This document shows, piece by piece, positions 1 through 7,501 of a DNA stretch of 11,480 bases. The notes below the pieces were generated by a model that saw only the letters and a program-made list of their open reading frames with translations, was not told the origin of the DNA and ran no database searches. The DNA comes from an uncultured Methanosarcinales archaeon (GTDB lineage: Archaea; Nanobdellota; Nanobdellia; Woesearchaeales; JAGVZT01): NCBI GenBank assembly GCA_964419615.1, contig CAYQPU010000037.1, positions 1-11,480 of the forward strand. Direction: 5' to 3'. A program made the position numbers and the translations under genes. Position 1 is the first letter of the stretch; each line of letters opens with the position of its first letter.

Positions 1-4
1 CTTA

Positions 5-19
5 TATTTAAATCTTTCG
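5..19 (-). promoter_or_regulatory. BRE + TATA box for a gene lying left of the window
   Basis: Minus strand reads CGAAAGATTTAAATA, a 14/15 match to CGAAAGATTTATATA at 2968-2982 (+), which sits 23 nt before an ATG. Confidence 0.6.
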
Positions 20-42
20 TTTTTGTAACTACTAATGGGTGG

Positions 43-483
43 TTAGGTTTTCTTTTTCTTTGAAAAAAACTCTGTTCCAAGCATAACCAATGCACTCACA
101 CTAACATAACTATCTGCAAAATTAAAAACAGGCCAGAATCTAAAATCAATAAAATCCGTAACAAAGCCCAAAAAAATTCTATCGATTAAATTACCAACAA
201 TTCCTATTAAAATAAACACCATCAATACTTTTGAAAGTTTTGTGTCAGCAAGCTTGTCCCAAAAATAAATCAAAGCTCCTAGCATCATAATTCCTAGCCA
301 GATAAAGATCCAAACCTGACCTTGAAACATTCCTGCAAATCCTCCTTTATTTTGAACATAAGTAATATGAAAAATATTCTTAAGAAAAGGTATAGACTGA
401 CCAAGAATCATCTTCCTAACAAAGAACTTACTAACTTGATCTAGAATCAATAGCAAAACTCCCAGTATCCACAGCTTTTTCAT
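43..483 (-). CDS. lspA: Lipoprotein signal peptidase (signal peptidase II, peptidase A8), 146 aa
   Basis: Hydrophobic membrane protein with the SPase II motifs in order: DQxSK, NxG, GNLIDR, VTDF and FNxAD (both catalytic Asp present). ATGA overlap with the pth2 stop codon. Confidence 0.92.
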   Translation of the reverse strand: MKKLWILGVLLLILDQVSKFFVRKMILGQSIPFLKNIFHITYVQNKGGFAGMFQGQVWIFIWLGIMMLGALIYFWDKLADTKLSKVLMVFILIGIVGNLIDRIFLGFVTDFIDFRFWPVFNFADSYVSVSALVMLGTEFFSKKKKT

Positions 484-818
484 AGTGACTTAAGCTTACC
501 TGTTACTTTATCAATTAATTCTTCTCTATCAGGTCCAATGCAAACGCAAGTAATAGTCCCTGCCTTAACAACAGTCTTACCTGCATCTCTAATAATTGCA
601 GTATTTAATCTTAGTTTTGCTGCATCCTCAGCAAGCTCCAAAAGTTCATCCTTACCTTTAATCTTAAGAACAATCTTTTTTGCACCTTGTCTTCTCCACC
701 TGTGAACTTTTAATCTGTTTGCATTAAGTGCAGCATCAACACTAGCATGAGCAACCTGCGCAGCTAACTTTCCTTTTGGTAATTTTAAATCAGACCGAAC
801 AACAATAACTTGTTTCAT
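480..818 (-). CDS. pth2: Peptidyl-tRNA hydrolase, archaeal/eukaryotic Pth2 type, 112 aa
   Basis: MKQVIVVRSDL..GKLAAQVAHAS, KIVLK, IRDAGKT and TCVCIGP match Pth2. Start moved from 869 to the ATG at 818 because family similarity starts there and a TATA box lies 23 nt upstream. Confidence 0.93.
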   Translation of the reverse strand: MKQVIVVRSDLKLPKGKLAAQVAHASVDAALNANRLKVHRWRRQGAKKIVLKIKGKDELLELAEDAAKLRLNTAIIRDAGKTVVKAGTITCVCIGPDREELIDKVTGKLKSL

Positions 819-840
819 ATCAAATCCAGAATAATTAGAG

Positions 841-855
841 TTTATATAGGTTTTC
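841..855 (-). promoter_or_regulatory. BRE + TATA box of the pth2-lspA unit
   Basis: Minus strand GAAAACCTATATAAA; TATA edge 23 nt from ATG 818. Confidence 0.65.
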
Positions 856-875
856 ATAATTGATTTCAAACCTTT

Positions 876-1418
876 TCATAATTCAATATGACCATTAAGA
901 ACAATACCATTCAAAATATTATCTCTTAAATTAGTCTCAATTTTTCGGAAATCCTGAAAAAATAATAAATTAATTTTTCTCTTGAACAAAATCTCAAATT
1001 CACTGATTTGAACATCAGCCTCTTTCATTCCAATCACAGCAATATCAACATCAGACTCCGGAACAAAAGTATCTTCACCAAAAGCAAAGCTTCCAAAAAC
1101 AACAACAGTTGTTCCTGGAAACTTGTCTGAAACAAATTCAACAAAACCAGACTCATACAACTGCTGCAAATTCTCAATACGTTTCATATTAATGACTTTT
1201 AGATTGTTTCTGTTTAAACTCACCCTGAGCAAGAACTCTCTATTGATCTTAACCAAATCTAACCTCTCAAATTTTCTAATCACCTTTGAAACTCCAGTGG
1301 CAGATACATTAAGTTCTCTGGCAATCGCTCTAATATGAAACTCCTTCCCAGCATGTATGCACAAAAACCTAAACACAATTTGTTCTTGTTTTGTAAACTT
1401 TTGTTTGTAAATGTCCAT
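876..1418 (-). CDS. Winged-helix + minimal nucleotidyltransferase (MNT) protein with no adjacent HEPN gene, 180 aa
   Basis: N-terminal HTH-like segment (FHIRAIARELNVSATGVSKVIRKFE) followed by FGS-x12-DVD. Same architecture as 7502..8068. Confidence 0.85.
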   Translation of the reverse strand: MDIYKQKFTKQEQIVFRFLCIHAGKEFHIRAIARELNVSATGVSKVIRKFERLDLVKINREFLLRVSLNRNNLKVINMKRIENLQQLYESGFVEFVSDKFPGTTVVVFGSFAFGEDTFVPESDVDIAVIGMKEADVQISEFEILFKRKINLLFFQDFRKIETNLRDNILNGIVLNGHIEL

Positions 1419-1430
1419 TTTAATTTACAA
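1390..1430. repeat. Direct and inverted TTGTAAA repeats across the MNT start codon (possible operator)
   Basis: TTTGTAAA at 1390-1397 and 1404-1411; inverted copy TTTACAA at 1424-1430. The start codon (1416-1418) lies inside the inverted pair. Confidence 0.4.
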
Positions 1431-1469
1431 GATTATTAACTAATTAATAAATATTTTGGAATTTTAGTA

Positions 1470-1483
1470 GAAAAATTAATATT
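1470..1483 (+). promoter_or_regulatory. BRE + TATA box of the arginase-family gene
   Basis: GAAAAATTAATATT; box edge 23 nt from ATG 1506. Confidence 0.5.
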
Positions 1484-1505
1484 AAAAACAATATCACATA
1501 TTTTG

Positions 1506-2282
1506 ATGAAACTAATTAAAATCCCAGCTAAAAACGCACTTGGAAAAACCCAAGGCTCAGAACTTGCACCCGATAATATAATCGAAGTTCTAAAAACAAT
1601 GGGAGCAAACGAGCAGGGAAACAAACCAGACTTTCAAGTGGATCGAATCCAAGTTGGAAATAATCCAGAACAAAACAATAGTCTCATATATGAATATTTA
1701 ACACAAAATGAAGATTTGCCAGTCATCCTTGGAGGAGATCACTCGATAACATACCCTTGCTTTAAGGCATTCTCTAAAAAATTCGATAATCCTGGCCTTG
1801 TGGTATTTGATGCTCATCCAGATGTTGTTAACAACTTCAAGCCTCCAACTCACGAAGACTATCTAAAAGTCTTGATCGAAGAAAAACACGTAAAACCCGA
1901 AAACATAGTTCTTGTTGGCCTTCGAGCTTGGGACAAAAAAGAATATTGGTATTTAAAAAACAATAAAATCAAAAACTTCCCAATGCAAAAAATCTCAAAA
2001 GATGGTAAAGAAGATGTTTGTGATGTAGTAATGTCAGTTGCAAAATCATTTGGAGCTTGTTATTTATCCATAGACATAGATGCCATAGATCCAAGCTTTG
2101 CGCCAGGAACAGGTTACAGAGAGCCAGGTGGCCTAACTAGCAGAGAGCTTCTTTACTTCATACAAAGGCTAAAACTCCTAAAAAACATCAAAGCATGGGA
2201 TCTAGTTGAAATAAATCCAGAAAAAGATGTGAATGAGATGACAGTTAGGTTAGGGGCAAAGATTGTAAATGAGATTCTTTAA
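1506..2282 (+). CDS. Arginase/agmatinase (ureohydrolase) family protein, 258 aa
   Basis: GGDHSIT, DAHPD, SIDIDAIDP..APGTG..EPGG and DLVEINP motifs. ATG 1506 preferred over TTG 1503. Substrate cannot be assigned by eye. Confidence 0.92.
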   Translation: MKLIKIPAKNALGKTQGSELAPDNIIEVLKTMGANEQGNKPDFQVDRIQVGNNPEQNNSLIYEYLTQNEDLPVILGGDHSITYPCFKAFSKKFDNPGLVVFDAHPDVVNNFKPPTHEDYLKVLIEEKHVKPENIVLVGLRAWDKKEYWYLKNNKIKNFPMQKISKDGKEDVCDVVMSVAKSFGACYLSIDIDAIDPSFAPGTGYREPGGLTSRELLYFIQRLKLLKNIKAWDLVEINPEKDVNEMTVRLGAKIVNEIL

Positions 2283-2285
2283 ATC

Positions 2286-2327
2286 AAAAAGTTTAAAACC
2301 AACAATAGTTTTTAGATTTGTGAGGTG
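2286..2327 (+). promoter_or_regulatory. TATA-like box and Shine-Dalgarno site of the 198-aa orphan gene
   Basis: AAAAAGTTTAAAAC at 2286-2299 and GAGGTG at 2322-2327, 6 nt before ATG 2334. Confidence 0.6.
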
Positions 2328-2333
2328 TAAATT

Positions 2334-2930
2334 ATGACAAAGAAAAAAGAAGAAGATCTCCAATCAAAAGTTGCAACTGCTTATGAATCGACATCGTTAT
2401 ACATAACTAAGCAAGGTGCTGAGTGGCAAGCAATAATAACCGGTGTTTTATTAGATCATGATTGGAAGATAACTGATGATAACATTGATAAAATAACAAA
2501 AAGCTTGTATGATAGTTTCATAGAAAAAATTAAAAAAGACCTAAAGCTTAAAAAAGGAGTTGATCTTGATGAAGACGTTCTTGCTGATATGGTATATGAT
2601 AATACGCGTATGACTGTTGATCAAATAAAAAGAATTATTCAGGCAGGAAAAGATAAACCTGGAGGAGTAAAACAAGTTTTCCAAGATCTTTCATCAAAAC
2701 TAGGTGATGCACTGAATCGAGATCAGCAAGACCAATGGGGGAAATTTGGTGTTAAATATGGTCATGATGAGAAGCATAGGGAAGCGCTTTTTGGATATTG
2801 GGGTATTAAAGCTAATACCAAAATCATGAATACAGGTAACATTGGAAATTATGGGTTTATGAAACACAACAGAAGGTTATCTGCATCAGAAGATTTAGAG
2901 GATGAGCACAGACCAGATTATGTAGCTTAA
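2334..2930 (+). CDS. Hypothetical protein, 198 aa
   Basis: Long ORF with its own TATA and strong SD, fills the space between two genes; no recognisable motif. Confidence 0.8.
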   Translation: MTKKKEEDLQSKVATAYESTSLYITKQGAEWQAIITGVLLDHDWKITDDNIDKITKSLYDSFIEKIKKDLKLKKGVDLDEDVLADMVYDNTRMTVDQIKRIIQAGKDKPGGVKQVFQDLSSKLGDALNRDQQDQWGKFGVKYGHDEKHREALFGYWGIKANTKIMNTGNIGNYGFMKHNRRLSASEDLEDEHRPDYVA

Positions 2931-2967
2931 ATTCATTCAAATATACTACTCTGGAGTGATTAAAAAC

Positions 2968-2982
2968 CGAAAGATTTATATA
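2968..2982 (+). promoter_or_regulatory. BRE + TATA box of the metallophosphoesterase gene
   Basis: CGAAAGATTTATATA, a near-consensus archaeal promoter; TATA edge 23 nt from ATG 3005. Confidence 0.75.
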
Positions 2983-3004
2983 CTCATAAATCTAGTTATA
3001 TACT

Positions 3005-5167
3005 ATGGCTAATATAGGCTTTATTGCAGATTCTCATGGAGACAATAGAAACATAGAACTAATTACAAAAGCCTTTAAATTATTAAATATTGATGATGTG
3101 GTTCACCTTGGTGATCACTCTCTTAAACATATGTCTGATTACAGCCTTTCTGAAGTTCAAAAAGCTCAAGCATTAAGAGATCAAATCCAAAAAGAAACAA
3201 AACTAAGAGAAGATGTAAAAGCTGGTTTAATTAGTAAAAGACAATTAGAACAAATTGTACATTGGTATGATCATGGTGTTGATGTTTCTGCAATGGTTGC
3301 TGAAGCTGAAGGTAATGAACTTGTCTCACAATTAAGTCAATTTGGGAATTACACAATTCTATCTGGTAATCATGATCACAAAAGTCTTGAGAAAATAGCA
3401 GGTGATGCTTTTCTTAACGGTAGTATGAAAAACATTGGTCCTGGTATAAAGGCCTTAGGATTATCAGGTGGTGGTTCACCACCTAACACTGCAGTTACAG
3501 AACAAATCATGGCTGATGATCCCAACAGACAAGGTGAAGCATATGTTAACTGGCAAAACTTTGTTAAGCCAGAGATGGATGCAAAGATTGTTATTTCACA
3601 TATTCAACCCACTGATGGTAAACACAATGTTGTTGATATTGCTGCCCACAGACTTGAATCATTAATACTAAGAAGGGGACAAGCTGGAATGCCTGTGCCA
3701 GAGTTTTATTTTCATGGTCATCAACATGGTCCAAGTTCAGTAACATACAGAGAACACCTAGGACCAAATGGAGCAATCCAGATCAAGGCTGGTTGTTCAT
3801 CAAGATTCCACAATAGTGGAGACGCTTCATTTATCACAGCTCAAATTGATGAGGGATCCAATGTTCAACTGGTCACAAGATACCGAATTGATTTCTTAGG
3901 AACAGTATGGAAAGACAGAGAATACAAAATAAATATGGATGCTGCTGAAAAAGTTGAAGAAATTGAATTTGAAAAAAATGCATCAACTACAGTTATTAAA
4001 GGTCAAACAATTGATAATTTTGTTGATAATTTTAAAAATTTATCTTTAGACAAACATGAACCAATAACAAGAGAAAGACTTGACCTAAACTACAATGCAA
4101 TCAGAGAGCCTCACTCAGATTTGAGTGAGAATCAAGCAAGAACTCTTGACCATACAATAAGAACTAACATTACTAAAGTAAGATACGCCATGGAAGAGAT
4201 TGACTTTGAATTGAGAACTGCTTTTGCAAATGCAAGAACAAGATTACATGGAGATGAAAATCAATTTGATTTTGTTGAATTAATAGAAGAAGAATTACTA
4301 AAGTTAGTATGCGAATCAAATGGTATAGACTATGATGCAATAAATGAAAGTAGATTTGCAGACAACATCAGATTTGGTTTATTGCCACAATTTACAGGTC
4401 TAGATTATAGTTCACTAGTAAGTTCACTTGAACATGCAGATTTTGAAGATCTAGAATGGGAATCAAAACCAATTCAAGATAGTAAGAACGCTTACTGGAA
4501 CAATAAAGTAGAAAGGATATTGTATGGTGTTAGTGGCCCTGACTTTAGAGCAATGGCAAACTTATATGTCCCAGATGCACTTGAGCCAGTAGGAAATCCA
4601 ACTGAACAAGACTCAAGAGGATTGTGGATACAATTCTTCCAAAAAGGATTAATAGACACTGAGACTGCAGTAGACACAAATTTTTATGAATTCAAAGAAG
4701 GATACCAGGCAAATCCAATGTCAGATGAGGAGATAACAGATATGTTTGGAACTTTAGATGATGTGATTGACACCCCTGAGATAAATCAGATGATAGACAG
4801 TATGAGAAATGCAATAAGAAATGGCACTCAGGTTTTCAAAGATGAAGAAGGAGAATTCTTAATTAGTGCAAAAGGTGACAGAGTTCCACTCGATGAAGCA
4901 GTAACTCAAGGATTAGACTACCAAGCACGAGATTTCAATAATTATATGGGCGAAAATATAAGACGTGGAGCTATGCCGGTTGTTAGTGAAAATGGAGAAG
5001 AATTCGCATATCTCGACAAGGAATTAAAAGTTAGGGTAGATAGAGAAGCATTTGGTTTACAAGATGGAGATTATGTATCCATGCCCTCAAATAATAATTA
5101 CCAAATTCCAGAACAAGCACCAGATCTAGACTTAATGGAAGATGTACAACCTGATCTTGGATTCTAA
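3005..5167 (+). CDS. Calcineurin-like metallophosphoesterase domain fused to a ~420-aa acidic region of unknown function, 720 aa
   Basis: All five metal-binding motifs in order in the first ~250 aa: ADSHG, HLGD, SGNHD, ISH, FHGHQH. Stop overlaps the convergent gene's stop at 5164-5167. Confidence 0.8.
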   Translation: MANIGFIADSHGDNRNIELITKAFKLLNIDDVVHLGDHSLKHMSDYSLSEVQKAQALRDQIQKETKLREDVKAGLISKRQLEQIVHWYDHGVDVSAMVAEAEGNELVSQLSQFGNYTILSGNHDHKSLEKIAGDAFLNGSMKNIGPGIKALGLSGGGSPPNTAVTEQIMADDPNRQGEAYVNWQNFVKPEMDAKIVISHIQPTDGKHNVVDIAAHRLESLILRRGQAGMPVPEFYFHGHQHGPSSVTYREHLGPNGAIQIKAGCSSRFHNSGDASFITAQIDEGSNVQLVTRYRIDFLGTVWKDREYKINMDAAEKVEEIEFEKNASTTVIKGQTIDNFVDNFKNLSLDKHEPITRERLDLNYNAIREPHSDLSENQARTLDHTIRTNITKVRYAMEEIDFELRTAFANARTRLHGDENQFDFVELIEEELLKLVCESNGIDYDAINESRFADNIRFGLLPQFTGLDYSSLVSSLEHADFEDLEWESKPIQDSKNAYWNNKVERILYGVSGPDFRAMANLYVPDALEPVGNPTEQDSRGLWIQFFQKGLIDTETAVDTNFYEFKEGYQANPMSDEEITDMFGTLDDVIDTPEINQMIDSMRNAIRNGTQVFKDEEGEFLISAKGDRVPLDEAVTQGLDYQARDFNNYMGENIRRGAMPVVSENGEEFAYLDKELKVRVDREAFGLQDGDYVSMPSNNNYQIPEQAPDLDLMEDVQPDLGF

Positions 5168-6234
5168 ATCCTAACTACTTTCCCATCTATAGCAATTTTT
5201 GGATTTCTAAACACTTGATCTAAATGAATAGCAGCATACACTGTCCCACCAAACCAATGATTAGAACCAATAGCAACATGAGCAGTACCTCTAACTTTCT
5301 CGTCTATAATCATAGAACCAGATATCTTAGCATTAGGATTTAAGCCAATCCCAACCTCACCAATCCTTCTAATACCCCAATCATGTCTAGCTGTTTTTTC
5401 AGTCCAATCAATGCTCTCTTGCAATAACTGAGCTTCCTTACCTCCAGCTATCTTTACAACTTCACCTTTCTTAATAGTTAAAGTAATAGGCTTTTTAATC
5501 AAAGCAGTTGAATGTCTATTTCTAGAACTTGCATCAACAACAACAGTACCTTCAACCTTTTTCTTTGCAGGTGCAACAAACACTTCACCAGCAGGCAAAT
5601 TACCACCTAAACCATGCTCATGATAATAACCATCAGAAGCAACAGCCCTACAACCAGAAATACCAACCCTTAAATCAGTCCCAGCTTTAGTTGTGATCTG
5701 CAACACATTTCCAAAATCAATAAGTTTCTTTATTCTCTGATGATCAGCCTTCAAACTTTTCTGATCAACAGTAATAGCATCTATTAACCTGTCAATCTTA
5801 GAAGTTCTCAAAGAACCTAACGAAGGAGTTGTAGCATACCTTAATCTTCTTTCTTTACAAAACCTCTTATAAGACTTACCAGAAGCAAACAACTCTCCTA
5901 AGCGACCACTAACACTAACAACTAAAGCAGAACCGGGTCTAATATTCTCAATAGCACTTCTAACTTCCTGGCTAGCAAACTCGCCTCTTTTCTTTGGATT
6001 TTGCATAACAAGCCTTGCATTAATCCTTAAACTACGAGCAGCAAGAAAACATGCACCCGCATAAATCGGAGCAATTCTCAGTTTATCTAGCCCAGTATCA
6101 CCAACAATCAAAACATCAGTATTAGTTGCATTCATACCCTCTGTAAAAACATGTCTTAAGACTCTAGAGTACTTAACACACTTGTTAAACAACCTCTTTT
6201 TCTTAAGCCATATGAAACTCTCTACAGAATCCAC
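5164..6234 (-). CDS. M29-family (thermophilic metalloprotease, AmpS/AmpT-like) aminopeptidase, 356 aa, GTG start
   Basis: NLPAGEVF, IGEVGIGLNP, DEKVRGTAHVAIG and IHLD motifs supply the expected Glu/Glu/Glu/His/His/Asp set. A TATA box 23 nt upstream supports the GTG at 6234. Confidence 0.85.
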   Translation of the reverse strand: MDSVESFIWLKKKRLFNKCVKYSRVLRHVFTEGMNATNTDVLIVGDTGLDKLRIAPIYAGACFLAARSLRINARLVMQNPKKRGEFASQEVRSAIENIRPGSALVVSVSGRLGELFASGKSYKRFCKERRLRYATTPSLGSLRTSKIDRLIDAITVDQKSLKADHQRIKKLIDFGNVLQITTKAGTDLRVGISGCRAVASDGYYHEHGLGGNLPAGEVFVAPAKKKVEGTVVVDASSRNRHSTALIKKPITLTIKKGEVVKIAGGKEAQLLQESIDWTEKTARHDWGIRRIGEVGIGLNPNAKISGSMIIDEKVRGTAHVAIGSNHWFGGTVYAAIHLDQVFRNPKIAIDGKVVRI

Positions 6235-6256
6235 ATTAATTGATTTGACATAGGGG

Positions 6257-6271
6257 TTAATAAAAGTTTTT
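6257..6271 (-). promoter_or_regulatory. BRE + TATA box of the aminopeptidase gene
   Basis: Minus strand AAAAACTTTTATTAA; box edge 23 nt from GTG 6234. Confidence 0.55.
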
Positions 6272-6291
6272 ATTAAGAAGAATTTGTATAA

Positions 6292-6627
6292 CTATTCTTT
6301 AATTTCAAAATCCATTTCTTGACAAGCATAATAAGATCCTTGATGCCACTGCGTTAAAACTTCCGCCACATCAGCAATATCCATACTGCTTTCAAGTGGA
6401 TTTAAGCCAACCTGAAGTGTGTGGATCAAAAATATGTTTTCTTCATCGGGATCATCTGTAGACATAATAACTGAAATATACTTTTGTGTTAGGTCAAAGT
6501 CACCATGATCAATATCTATTGAATCAAAATAATCTTCGGGATCATAAGATGAAGCTATCCAACCAATCTTATCCTGAAATACATAAGCTTGTACAAAGAA
6601 CTCACTATCTAAGATTGTTGCATCCAT
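6292..6627 (-). CDS. Hypothetical, very acidic small protein, 111 aa
   Basis: SD AGGTGA at 6639-6634 upstream of the ATG. Hand count 25 D/E versus 3 K and 0 R. Confidence 0.75.
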   Translation of the reverse strand: MDATILDSEFFVQAYVFQDKIGWIASSYDPEDYFDSIDIDHGDFDLTQKYISVIMSTDDPDEENIFLIHTLQVGLNPLESSMDIADVAEVLTQWHQGSYYACQEMDFEIKE

Positions 6628-6695
6628 TTGTTTTCACCTGTATTATCTCAGAATAATGCTCCATAAAAACAAGAAAACAAATGGATGAATAAAAA

Positions 6696-7391
6696 TCAAA
6701 ATTTAAATTGTGGAACTCCATCATTCCAAGCTTCAGCAAGATTATTTTGTTCTATGTATTGTAAAGCCCGATCAACCAAATCAAGTTCACTTCTAAGATG
6801 AGCTAGCCCATCATATTTGCTACCATCTGGTTGAATCATTGGTATACTCGTAGTAAAATACTCTAACATTTCTGGGCTTGTTAATGATTCTTCATATTCT
6901 TTTAGTTTTACAACCAATGTTTCTCCATCAGGTACATTAAACATTTTACTCATTGATGAACAATATAGCAAAACTTCCGGTATAGGAATTAGTCCTGGAT
7001 TTTGTGTACTATTCATGTGTGTTGAACATGAAGGTTCATAAGGGCCATCAGCAGCAGCAAAAGCAGGTCCCAAATCTCTTGCATATCTATTTGGAGTAAC
7101 AAATGCAGATTGACAAACCTCTGGATAACCCATTCTTAGGTTTAATCCTCCTCCAATATCTATCTCTAAATATGGCAGAGCTGCATCAGCATTAAGACCT
7201 TCCACTCTTAGTGCTTCTTCAAGTGTTTGATATATCTCTTCTATTTCTGGATCTAAATCTCCTCCCCCTAAGTTCAATACAAAAATAGTTATCTCTCCAT
7301 CAATACTAACATCATCAACTTCAGTTCTTCTTGCAGCTAAAAACCTATCTCTCATAACAAGAGCAAACATTGAAATTGGATCTGGAATCAT
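6696..7391 (-). CDS. Hypothetical acidic protein, 231 aa
   Basis: SD AGGTGA at 7403-7398 and TATA-like TTTATATT at 7445-7438; no recognisable motif. Confidence 0.78.
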   Translation of the reverse strand: MIPDPISMFALVMRDRFLAARRTEVDDVSIDGEITIFVLNLGGGDLDPEIEEIYQTLEEALRVEGLNADAALPYLEIDIGGGLNLRMGYPEVCQSAFVTPNRYARDLGPAFAAADGPYEPSCSTHMNSTQNPGLIPIPEVLLYCSSMSKMFNVPDGETLVVKLKEYEESLTSPEMLEYFTTSIPMIQPDGSKYDGLAHLRSELDLVDRALQYIEQNNLAEAWNDGVPQFKF

Positions 7392-7478
7392 TTTTATTCA
7401 CCTTTACAATTTATGTAATAAAGGGAATCAATATTAGAATATAAACATATCTTAATCAAAACAGTAAAATTATTATAA

Positions 7479-7499
7479 TACTTAACTTTAACTTAAGTA
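7479..7499. repeat. Inverted repeat TACTTAA-N7-TTAAGTA between the TATA box and start codon of the MNT-HEPN operon (possible operator)
   Basis: Perfect 7-bp arms with a 7-nt spacer, directly after TATTATAA (7471-7478) and 2 nt before ATG 7502. Confidence 0.45.
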
Positions 7500-7501
7500 A
7501 A

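Noticed and set aside
819-869. 17-aa N-terminal extension of Pth2 in the ORF track
   Set aside because: It runs across the gene's own BRE/TATA box, and family similarity begins at MKQVIVVR (818).
1123-1624. ORFs 1123..1338 (+) and 1436..1624 (-)
   Set aside because: Antisense shadows of the MNT and arginase genes; no motifs or initiation signals.
2941-3004. Three copies of ATATACT (2941, 2978, 2998) in the phosphoesterase promoter
   Set aside because: Short AT-rich word with irregular spacing, one copy being the TATA box itself; cannot be separated from chance.
3468-4677. ORFs 3468..3665 (+), 3591..3776 (-) and 4492..4677 (-)
   Set aside because: Short alternative-frame or antisense ORFs nested in the 720-aa gene.
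6257-6276. Palindrome TTAATAAAA-GT-TTTTATTAA
   Set aside because: A/T-only arms with a 2-nt spacer overlapping a TATA box; explained by promoter and T-tract composition.
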